Shown here: positions 52,701 through 64,000 of the stretch, piece by piece
Position numbering within the stretch: the stretch's first letter is position 1
Layout: every line of letters starts with the position of its first letter
Assembly (NCBI GenBank): GCA_023213395.1
Contig: CM041465.1
Coordinates: 194,191,741 to 194,255,740 of the forward strand
Direction of reading: 5' to 3'
Source of the DNA: Cycas panzhihuaensis
Taxonomy: Eukaryota > Plantae > Cycadophyta
Length of the DNA: 64,000 nucleotides
Position numbers and translations under genes: made by a program
The notes under the pieces: generated by a model
Database searches by the model: none
Seen by the model: the letters and a program-made list of their open reading frames with translations, nothing else
What the model was told of the DNA's origin: nothing

Positions 52701-53446
52701 TTGAGGAGAATTACTCATGTCCATGAGATAGGAGTAAATAGGAAAAATTAATAAATTAATAAAAAAATATGACCAAAATCTACACATAATGCATTTGGCA
52801 ACTTTAAAAATATGTGCACATTAATGTGACTTCAAACATTTTAAGCCATTTCACCCCTTTCTTAGTGAGCAAGTTGTACATACTTAGGTATGATGTTAAC
52901 CCTCATCATATGGATAACACACAAATTATTATACTCAAACAACCCTATAAGGTGAGCTTCTAATATATCATTTAAGGAAACAACGACATTCAAATCCTCA
53001 ATGATCTCCTTCATTTATCCAACTTCTACAAGTTGCCAGCAACAACATGTAAATCCCAACCTATCTCCCACTTTTGACAATAGTTTGTTAACTAAAATTT
53101 ATAGTTACTAATACAAAGTGGTGCCTATTGATGTACACATACTACAAAGCCTACACTAGTGGATAAACTATCAACAAATAGATTATCAATCTTATAAATA
53201 CTGAGTGGTGAGTTATTACTAGATAAAATTAATGGTAGCTTCCTCATATTATACAAGGTATTTTAAGGGTAGGGGGGGAGGGAGGAAGAAATAAAAGCCT
53301 CCCAAAATTAACTTGTCCCATTTGCAATACTTATAGAATGAGTCACTACTATTAAGTCTAGTAAGAGGTTATAATATAGGACTTTAATAATTTAATGGAC
53401 TATATTAAGTGGTTAAATAGTCAATGTCATAAGTTTATATTTAATA

Positions 53447-56400
53447 TAAAGAGAAAATATAACTATAGGGATAATGTATTAATAGAACTCTAAACCACGT
53501 AAAGAATAAATAATGCAAATAAACAAAACACACAATAAAGAACACTTAGAGATTCTGGTCTAAACATAGACCTTTTATTAATCTGAGCAACAACTAAAAA
53601 ATTACAAAGATAAAATCCCTAACTCTCATCATCGAAGACTCATCTAACCTTTTACATATATTGTTATATAAGAATATATAGACACAACTTTATAAGATAT
53701 TGCCTTACAGCTTAACAATACAATAGGCATAAACCATAGGCCAAAAAATACTCCTATAAGACACCTAAATTTTTTTTGGTGGGCTTATGCCCCTGAACCC
53801 CAGCTTAAAGGGCCACTAGCCCCCTAGACCCCCAATTATGGGCCTTATAATAGACCACAGACCCTATAAAGGGGATCAAGTGTAATACTTATACCCATAT
53901 AATACTTTGCAAAGTGTTCAACATATCCAACAATCTCCCACTTGTTGAACACTTTACAAGAAAACTATATACACAACTATTGAATGCCAAAATCAAAAAT
54001 ACCCATTACCTTTCTATACCATCTAAATTTTTTTATATTAATAATATTGGTCAATGAGTCTATAATATTCTTCTATGTAGCAATCTTTTTCAAGCCTAAC
54101 TTGTGATCTTGAACCATTTCTCTCATAAAAGGGAATTACACATCAATGTGCTTTAACCAAATATATAATATAGGGTTTTTCACCAAGTAGATTATACTTT
54201 GACTATCACAATCTATCCTCACGGCATCATACTTGAATCCAATATCTATGCATAATCTTTATAACCAAATCACTTCCTTACATGCATGAGTAACTACCAT
54301 ATACTCTACTTCTTTGCTACAAAGTACCACAACTTACTATCTTTTGCTTACCCAATTGATTATGCCTCCATGAAGGGTCAAAACATACTCACTTGTAGAT
54401 CTTTTTTGTCAACATCTCTAGTCTAATTAGCATCAATAAATCCTTTTAAGTTCACTATTCTACTCTCTATGGGATCTTCTTGGTAGAAAATTTCATAGTT
54501 TGATGTACCCTACAAATACCTAAAAATCTTTTTCACAACCACCCAATGCTTCCTACCTAGGTTTGACATGTATGTATGTATTAACTACTCCCATTGCATG
54601 GGCAATATCTGATCGAGTGTAAACCATTACATATATTAGACTACCAATTATACTAGCATAAGGGATAAATACCATGTCTTTAACTTCTTAGTGAGTTTGA
54701 GCATTATTCAGCTAATAATTTTAAACCAATAGGAAGAGGAACATTAATTAGTTTAATATCCTAGAACTTAAACTATTATAGTATTATCTCAATGTACCAC
54801 CTTTAGCTAAGCTAAATCTTCTTATTTCTCCTATCCCGTTTAATCTCAATGCTCAAAATAAAATGTACAACACTAAGGTCTTTCATCTTAAAATGAAATT
54901 CTGATTAGCCTTTTATAAGTTAGCTTGTTTCTTTGTTGTTACCAACTGAAAGTATATCATCAACATATAAAGCCAAAATAATACAGTGATCACCAACCTA
55001 TTTATAATAGATACAATGATATGTTTTGTTATGTACAAAGACATCCACTAATATATATTAATTAAACTTTTGATACCACATCCGCGATGACTGTTTTAAG
55101 TCATATAATGACTTCTTCAAACTACACACTATATTCCCCTTCCTTATAACTTCAAAACCTTTAGGTTGTAATATATAATTTTTTTCCTCAAGGTTACTAT
55201 GAAGAAATGCAGTCTTCACATCCATATAATCCACCTTAAGATTATAAGTAGCTAGTATAGCTAACAAAAATCTGATTAAAGGTACATTTATAACAGGATA
55301 AAACACCTCACCAAAATCTATTCCCTTAACCTAAGAATAGCCCTTTGCTACTAAGCGAGTCTTATACTTTTTTGCAATACCATCTTCTTAGAAATTCTTC
55401 TTGAAGATCCATTTGTTATCAACAGGGCTTTTTCCATTAGGCAGATCTACCAAATCTCATGTGTTATATTTATTTAAGGCCATCATTTTTTCTTCCATGG
55501 CCTTTATCTAAAGTTGAATTTCTTTTAACTCCAGAGCCTCTTGAACAATATCTAATTTATTATTTATAGTAGATAAAATAAAAAAATAAGTGACAAAAGT
55601 CTTTAGAAATATACCTATTAGGTTTTCTTCTCTTATGAGTCAATCTCTTCAATATATAGGTTTCTTAAGGTTGAGCTACCTCCAAAGCTAATCTTTCCTC
55701 TTCACCTCACTCATATTCTTAAGAAAAATCTTCATCCCTTATCTTAAACCATACCTTATTAGAGTCTTCCTCCTTTAGTTCTTTATCCTACTTTAGAGAC
55801 TTGAACTTCTCTCTAAAGACAACATCACGACTATATGCAACCTTTTCTATTTCAGGGTTATAAAGCTTATACACTTTAACACCATCACTATAGCCAATAG
55901 AAATAATCTCTTATGCTTTAAAATCAAGTTTAGTCCTCTGTAGGCTAGGAACATGCATAAAAGCTTTACAACCAAAAACTCTAAGATGACCAAGAGATAG
56001 TTTCTTATTAGACCACACTTCTTTAGGTATTTTATACATTAAGGCAATCGTCGACGATTTATTTATTAGGTAACTTACAGTCATTATAACCTTAGCGTAA
56101 AATTTATTCTCTAAACTAACAACATTGAGCATATACCTTGATCTCTCTAACAAAGTCCTATTCATCCTTTTAGTAACTTTATTTTATTATGGTGTATAGA
56201 GAGTTGTCCTTTGCTTTGTTATTCTACACTGCTTATAAAACTACTTAAACTCCATTAAGTAAAACTCACCTCCATTATTAGTTCTCAACACCTTGATCCA
56301 CTTGTTACTCTGATTCTTAACTAAAGCATTGAATTCTTTAAATTTACTTAAGACCTTAGAGTTTTTCCTTAAAAAGTACAACCATATTTTTCTTAAGAAA

Positions 56401-58503
56401 TTATCTATAAATAAAACAAAATATTTGGACCCACCCAATGAGGATATATCAATAGGTCTAAAAATATCATTGTATACTAATTATAGAATACCCTTTACTC
56501 TGTTTGAGCTTCAAGGAAAATTAACCTAATTTTGTTTAGCATATATATAATAATCATAGAAATCAAAATCAAAGAAGACATTGATTTTAGAGATGTCTTT
56601 TTCCATACCTTTAGAGAATAAATCATGAAGGCCTTTCTCTTAAATATGGCTCAATCTCTAATACCACAACATAGTTTTACCAATAAGTAATACTTAGGTC
56701 TCGCATGTATTATTGCTACTTTCTATAATAACTAAACTATAATTACCAGCATGCATTATGCTCACATCAAGCTTATATAGTGTTCTAAATCAAACTCCTC
56801 TTACTTAAACCAACACTCCTTAACCATTCCGTAACTGTCTTTATTAAAAATCACTTTTATTCTTACATCACCCAATTGATTAATAGACAATAAACTCATA
56901 GCTACACCAGAAATATGACTCATGTAATGGATAATTTTAACTCTTCCATCCTCAAATTGAACCTTCACCCTTCTATAACCTAAAATTTTATATACGTAAT
57001 GATCCCCAATAAATATTTTCCCTCTATTAATACTTTTGTATTTATAAAACCACTCCCTATGGGGAGTAACATGAAGTGAAACACTAGAGTTAATTAATCA
57101 AGACTTAACAATTGATAACTTATTAAAGGTTGCTAAATAAGCATTGCCATTAGCTTTATCAGAGGCTTTTGTTACCATGGAAGAAGTAGATTCAGGTGAC
57201 TTTCCCTTATCAACCTTGACTTGACACTAGTTCTTTATATATTAAACCTTCCCACATCTTCAACATACCAAGGGGCCTCTACTTGGAAATTTAGATTTTT
57301 CTTTGGATTTTGGCCATCTGTTCCTAGGCCTTTATTGGTCGTAATCTAACATTCAACCTTTCACTACTAATACTTCCTTTAAATGATCCTCAAAAGATTT
57401 TCATCTTATCTCTTCTAATAATAGGGCAGTAATAACATCATCAAATTTTAGGGTGCTAACAATTGTACTACTAATTATTATCACAAGATTACCCCAAGAA
57501 TCATAAAGCAAATATAATAAGATTATATACTTATCTTCCTCATATATTATTATCTCAACTAAAATAAGCTAGATTACCATAGTGTTAAATGCAATAAGAC
57601 GATCTCCAACTTTATCTCCATCACTCATTCTAAGTGAATACAACCTTTTTTGAAGAAATACATTATTAGCTATGGACTTAATTTGATATAGAGTCCCTAT
57701 TTTTTTTTACAGATTATTAGTCGTAGACTTTGTGATAATGATCAATAATATTATATCTAAAAGGCATAACCTTATCGAACTGATTAGTTTTTTATCAAGC
57801 TTCTTTCAGTCTTCATCAGCGATATTTGTAGGCTTTGTATCGATACAATGATATGTTAATCCTTCTTGATGAGGATATCTTCTATATTTAACTTCTATAA
57901 CTCAATCTCCACTTTCATAGTACTTGCCATGATCTTTATACTCAAGTTCACTAAATAAGACTCCCACTTGCCAAATGGATTCACACAAATTAAAAACCCT
58001 TAGCTATGATATCAAATGAAAAGAAAATATAAATATAGAAGTAATATATTAACAAAACTCTAAACCATGCAAAGAACAAATAGTATAAATAAACCAAACA
58101 TACAACAAGAAACATCAAAAGATTCTAGTCTAAGAATAGACCTTTTATTAATCTAAGCAATAGCTAAAGAATTACAGAGATGAAAACCCTAACTCTCCTC
58201 ATTAAAGACTCATCCAACCTTTTACATATGCCATTACATAAGAATATATATATACAACTTTATAGGATACTGCCTTGCAATTTTATAATATAATGGGCAT
58301 AAACTATGAGCCAAAAAATACACCCATAAGACACCCAAAAAAAAATTTTTTAGCTTCCACCCTTGAACCCCTACTTGAGGAGTCACTGGTCCCCCAAACC
58401 CCCCATCCAAAAGCCTTACAATAGACCCCTAGACCCCACAAAAGGGCTTGGGTGTAATGCCTATACCGATGTAATACTTATAAAGTATTCAATATATCTA
58501 ACA
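53447..58503 (-). mobile_element. Full-length decayed Ty1/Copia element (Tork/Tnt1-like)
   Basis: LTRs 53447-53932 and 58017-58503; TSD TAATA/TAACA. Degenerate PBS GCTATGATATCA at 58003-58014; PPT ATCTCCCACTTG at 53933-53944. Confidence 0.93.
54000..57930 (-). pseudogene. gag-pol: Copia gag-pol pseudogene
   Basis: Start MASTMKVEIE. IN: GGSKYFVLFIDNF..IKVLRTNNGGEF and MNRTLLERSRYML. RT: MDVKTAFLH..LKKSLYDLKQSSRMWY. RNase H: DCDSQS..KHIDV. Confidence 0.92.
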
Positions 58504-59299
58504 TAACATATGTCACAATAGTTCTATTGACTTCCCGTCAATTAGGTATATTTCAAGTGATACATTAAATAAATACAAGCTTAATTTACTATAATGGCAT
58601 TCTAAAAAATGAGTATTAATTGCATATAACTATTGGTATCTAGTCATATTTACTTTTGTTGATCATGGGAGTTTGTACATTATGAATTGAAACATCACTA
58701 AAGCAATGTAATTATACTACAACGTGGCTTGTTTATATATGATGGCCATGTTAGATAACATACCTATCAAATTTGTATGGCCATTAGTTGTGCATGAAAT
58801 AATTAATTCAATTTTAATAAGAAATTGAATAAAACCATCGACAATGTAGCATGCTTGGAAAATAATGACACAATAGTGGTAAGGCTCTAATAGGTGAAGA
58901 ATTATCATTTTACATTCACTAAGCAAGAATTGTTCCTCATATTTGATAAAATGTCTTGTGTATTTTAGGATTTTTGTGCTCAATTATAAGGAAATGAAAA
59001 GGAAGTACAAGAACACGAACCTCATCTTTCCTATAACAAAACCGAAATAACATACAAGGTGTTATCTACATGTATACAACAATAAAAAATGTTTAGCTAT
59101 AGTGAAATTCTAGGCACTTAAGAGACAACACCCTCCATAGGAAAAATCTCATCAAAGGTGTTAACTCTAGGAGCCCATATATTATATTATGCTAGAGTAG
59201 TATAAATGGTATATTTACTAGCCTTGATAACATAAAGGAAAAATGCCCATCAAGTATTGTTATGTAATGATAATGGTCTTTTTAGATTCACTCTGGAAG

Positions 59300-61380
59300 T
59301 CATTCATGACATCATCCAATTGCTAATGAAAGGTGAAGAACTATCTAAATAGATAGAGAGAACACAAAAAAGCAAAGAACAATTTTAATAGTAAAAGAAT
59401 TATAATTCATGAGATGATAAATCCTATACAAAGAAGAGGAGCCAAAATCATCTACGCAACCATTTCCCTATAGTTAGGTATTTAAATATACTAACAAGGT
59501 GTTATAATCTAATTGTGAAAGCCTATAAGAAGCTTAAATAGTTAAGTACTTGAATATTGAAATAAATGAGGAGATGTAATAATGTCTTAACAAGAGTCAA
59601 GTGAATTCCTCTTCCACTTGTTGTTGTTGATGATCTTAATGAATTTTCATGGTAGGTTTTAAGTGAAGCCTATTTCATCCTTAGAGCTTAGGATGCTCAT
59701 ATTTTTTATATATGCAAAGTTGAATCCTCCAAATAGAGAGGTGTGAAATTAGATGATATTAGGATGACTTGCTCAAGAAGGTATAACCAGAAATTCCCTA
59801 TGAGTTTATTCTAGATTATGTACTAGTATTCCAAAAAGTATTTTCTAGAGTTCATGTTTAATGAGAATGACTATGGCATGGTATTCCAATAGCGTAATTT
59901 GAATGTTCCATTAAACACACTACCAAGAAAGCTAACACATTAGATTCAAATAAAAATCAAAAAATGATTTTAATTAGTAAGCAATATAACAATTGCTAAT
60001 TTGTTTCCATTTGATGTCAACTCACCTAAAGATGATTGTGATAAAATGGCTTTAATATTTCAAGCTATAAAAATTCCTAAGGTTGAGTCATTATACTCAC
60101 TTACAGAAATGGAAAAGAAACTAAAAAATAAATGTATTATTTCCACTTTAGCTCAATAAATGAAGCAAATAATTGATATCAAAAGAGAAGTACAAGATAA
60201 AGAGCTCTGGAAGACAAGATGATTTTCAACAATGAGTATTGACTTACAAATCCCAAGCCAAGTCAACGATGTCACTTACCCTTATGAAGAGAACTTCTTG
60301 GTCAATGAAAAAAAAGGCAAAGTTTCGATTGACACGATTAATTCTATAAGACAAGAAGCAAGTGATGCAAAGAAACATATTGTTGGTAATCTTGAAGCAT
60401 AAGGTAATATGTTAGAGGCTTGCCCTAACCCTGATGAATAACATAAATAGTTAGTCAAGGCAATAGTGAGCTTTGAACAAGAGGAAACTCCTATGAAGAA
60501 ATTACATATGGAAACATAGCAATGGGAAACCCTTTAAATTATTAAAGTATTACACCAAAGTCCATTGAAACTACTAATGGGAAATTTACAAACCATTGAC
60601 ATTCTTGATAAAGCTTAACATCAGTTGATAATTAATCGAGCAACAAGATTTTAAGAATTGATGCATATATCGCAATAGATAGAAGTCAAACCCCAAGATA
60701 ATGTAATACCCAAGATAAATCTAGCTCTATTAAACCATGCTATGAAAGCCTAAATTTTAGACATTACAATGCAGTTCATGCAAATTTTTATGGAGAATAT
60801 GTTTTAAGTCTCTAACATACTTTTAAAGGAATTGGCTACTAGAGCTACAAATAAATACATGTATAATAGTGTTACAACACCAATTGCAAGACACATAAGG
60901 TAAATTGAGCAAGCAAAAAATGATGCTTTCTAACTTTATTACTCACACTTCAAATAAGGGGAAGTCTATGTGAAGTAATTTAAGGCAACTAACAACAAAA
61001 TATGTTGTTTTTGTTGAAAATGTATTCAAAGATATATAGACACCTATTGTTGACATGACTACCAAAACTTGAGAGCAATCTAAGTTTAGCATAACTCCAT
61101 TATAGTTTTTATATAGTGAACTACAATAGCTCATAGTGAATCTCATCCAAAATTGGAATAAATTAGTTCAATCTTTGGATAGGCTTCCACTACACATGAG
61201 AGTATTTCAGGATTAACTAGCTAAAGCAATGCAAGTAAAAATGGAATTGACTAAAGTATTAGGAGAAGCCTTGAGGGCATTTCAATTGGCTAAGAAAAAA
61301 TGAATATTGTTGTATTAGGTAAGTTTGAATCTCGGTACAAGTAAGCACTATCAAAACTTAATAAGTTTTCTAATCACATA
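59300..61380 (+). other. Decayed ORF-like, E/K-rich region, possibly an extra ORF of a retroelement
   Basis: Purine-rich codon-like stretches with scattered TAA/TAG; no recognisable domain. Confidence 0.25.
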
Positions 61381-61392
61381 GGCATTATTATA

Positions 61393-64000
61393 TGTGTGGG
61401 AATTTTGAGGAGGAATTTGCACCTCAAACATAAGTATTATCCACACAAAAGACTATTTTATAAATTCACACCAATAATAAGATAACAAAACTAATACTAA
61501 GGAGAAAATGATGAGATCTATTATTGCTTAACATCAATTAGACTAAATATCAAGTGAAAATAATACTAATAGTTACTACACAAATGATTCTAAAACTTGC
61601 AATAAATAAAATAATGTCACCAACTTCCTCTCCAAGACAAGGAATCCTCCCAAATCCACTCCTTAAGGCCAAAAATATGGAAACTTAGAAGCATAAATTA
61701 ATGATAAAACCCTAGGCTAGAAAGCCCTATATATAGGCAGATAAGTCTATATTAAAGAAGTCAGCCAAAATAATTAATTAAAATCAACAAGAATAATTAG
61801 TAAAGTTGGCAAGAATAATTAATAAAAGTCAACTAGAATAATTAGCAAATTTGGATAGAATAATTAATAAAAGTTAGTTAGACTATTTAATGAAGTCATC
61901 TAGACTTCTAAAGTAAGAATGCCATAAGTCCCTCTCCCTAAAAGCATGCTTTGCACTCAAAGCATAAGAATGTCCGTATGTTATTGATATAATTCTTAAG
62001 ATTCCTAAGTAGTTTCTTTGCAATCTTGAGTCTTTCACTTCATCGCATACTTATAAATCTCTCTTGAATGTAATTTCTTAGTTTGTATCTATAAAATGCC
62101 TTCTAGTTCTATTATCATCTTGCCTTCTTCATCTAGTATCAGTAGTTTTATTTGGAAAATGGTAGTTTATCCTACCTTTCATTTCAAACATGAGACATAG
62201 GAGATATTATGGATATGAGTGTTAGGTAGTAAGTTGAGATGGTATGTCACTTTTCCTACTTTATTGAAATTTTGGTATGGACTAAAGAAACGAGATTGTA
62301 ATTTGAATTTACTTGATTGTTTTATCATCACTTGTTTATATGATTAAAGCCTAAAAGGCACCCAATCTTCTACCTTGAATGATCTTTTTATTCTATGTAG
62401 GTCAACTTGTTATTTCATATGAATTTTGACTAAGTTTAGGTTCTCCTTAAGTATTTGCATTGTCCTCTCCATTTACTCATGTTGTTCTTGAATAAATTGG
62501 ACCTGTGAGGTACTAGCACATATAAGAAAGGATGGGGGTTCAAAGCTATATAATGCTTAGAGGAGGGTCATTTTGGCAAAGATGTATAGCAAGTGGTGTT
62601 GTACCACCATTTAACTAAGTGAATCCATTTATACCATTGTTGTTATTTGTTACATGCAAAATATTATAGATATCCTTCTAGACATTTATCTACTATCTCA
62701 ATTAAACAGTTGATCTATGTATGATAAGGTGTGCTCATAGAAAGTTTTGTGCTAGCTTGCTTTAACAATTCTTATAAAGAGTTACTTGTGAACTTGGGAT
62801 TATGATCGTTAACAATGACTTTTAACAATTCATAAAGACAATGGATCTCCTTGATGAAGGGTTCAACAACCTAGCTTGATTTTATAGTTTCTTGGATTCA
62901 TTTGAAATGGGCATATTTGATTAAGTGGTTAATTATGATGAAGATTATGTCCTTGCCTTTTATCCTAGGAATCCTTGTTATAAAATCAATGGAAATTTTC
63001 TGCCATTTATATTATGGTGTATGTAGGGGTTGAAGTATCCTAAGGATCTTAATGCTTTTATTTTTTTTCCTTTAACATGTCATATTCTAAGACAAACTTG
63101 TGAATATCTACTTTTATTCCCTTCCAAAAAAATGTATTACAAATTTGGCAATAGGTCTTGTCAATCTTAATATGTCTTGTTGTTGGAGTGTATTGTGCCT
63201 CAAAAAGAATTGTATTCTTGAATGTGGATGTAGTTAGTATAATAATCTTACCCTTCCATAGAATTATATTACCTTTGAGTTCATACCTGGCATGTCCTTT
63301 AGTGCGAATTGCTTGTAGTATTTTCTGGGTCGTCAGCTCGCCCAAAGATTCTTCAGTCAAGTCATGGGTCCAATTTATGATGGCTGTGAAAGTTGCTTGT
63401 ATGGAGATATCCTCAAGGATTTATAATAATATATCTACAACAGTATTTTTGTTTCCCTTTTTGTAAATAATATGAAAATTTAATGTTTGAAATTTGCTTA
63501 CCTATTTTTACTAATCATCGAATAATGTTTTTTTTTATTTAGGAAGTGTTTAAGACTATCATGATCAGTCTTGACCATAAGTTTGCTTCATAATAAATAT
63601 TGCCATAATTGGTGTATAACATGCATAATTGCTAACATCTCCTTGTCATAAATAGGATTTAAGCATTCCCTTGTGTTTAACTTATGACTTTCATATGCTA
63701 ATGGCCGACTATCTTGTAGAAGCATGACTCCTATCCCTACTCCTAATGCATCATATTATAAAACAAATGAGTGGTTAAAATCAATGTTGTGAGAAATGGA
63801 GTTGTCAGGATTATTTTTTTTATCCCTTGAAATATTGCCTTGATAGGTTCACCCCATGTGAATGTGTCCATTTTAGTCAGATTAGTTAATGGGTTTGTAA
63901 TGCTAGTATATCCCTTAATGAAATGACATAGAAACCTTGTAGCACCTAAGAAGCTTCTTATATTGGTTACATTTCTCAATATGAGATACTCTAGAATTGC
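61393..64000 (-). mobile_element. Chromovirus-type Gypsy (Reina/IFG7-like), 3' half; runs off the window
   Basis: RT-RH: IRSFLGATRFLCHFIKGY..PLTNLTK..FTW. IN zinc-finger region 63058-63360. Chromodomain-like EEGKMIIELEGIL..KKLHSREIYKYAMK*K....ETT*E at ~61960-62130. PPT (plus GTCCCTCTCCCTA) at 61928-61940. 3' LTR ~61393-61927, left edge approximate. Confidence 0.88.
61768..61903. repeat. Six 22/23-bp tandem repeats (AATAATTAATAAAAGTCAACTAG-like) in the chromovirus LTR
   Basis: Read directly from the sequence. Confidence 0.8.

Overview
AT-rich, CpG/CHG-depleted plant heterochromatin made almost entirely of nested LTR retrotransposons. The element types (IFG7/Reina-like chromovirus, Tnt1-like Copia) suggest a gymnosperm, but that is inference. 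No intact host gene or intact retroelement ORF is present. The backbone is a large minus-strand non-chromovirus Gypsy (Athila/Tat/Ogre group): 5' LTR ~46645-48811, decayed gag-pol ~39544-46330, and an antisense Plant Mobile Domain gene ~29650-31395. It sits in the protease of an older plus-strand Gypsy. Its 3'UTR, PPT and first ~1.16 kb of 3' LTR have been amplified into a ~4.75-kb tandem macrosatellite (1-23895) with alternating A/B units joined at C-tracts. Nested in it are a short-LTR Copia (23952-29217), a 2.6-kb Copia-derived element inside every repeat unit, and a young non-coding LTR element (33347-38979, TSD AGAAA). The most unusual observation is that the LTRs of this last element carry an array of 4-5 modules, each an LTR-terminus (att-like) end plus a tRNA-iMet primer-binding site. 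One terminus of the integrated copy is an inverted copy of a module end rather than the normal U3 end. A second family in the macrosatellite ends in the same att-PBS-att-PBS-att architecture. The right part of the window holds a Tork/Tnt1-like Copia (53447-58503) and a chromovirus running off the end.
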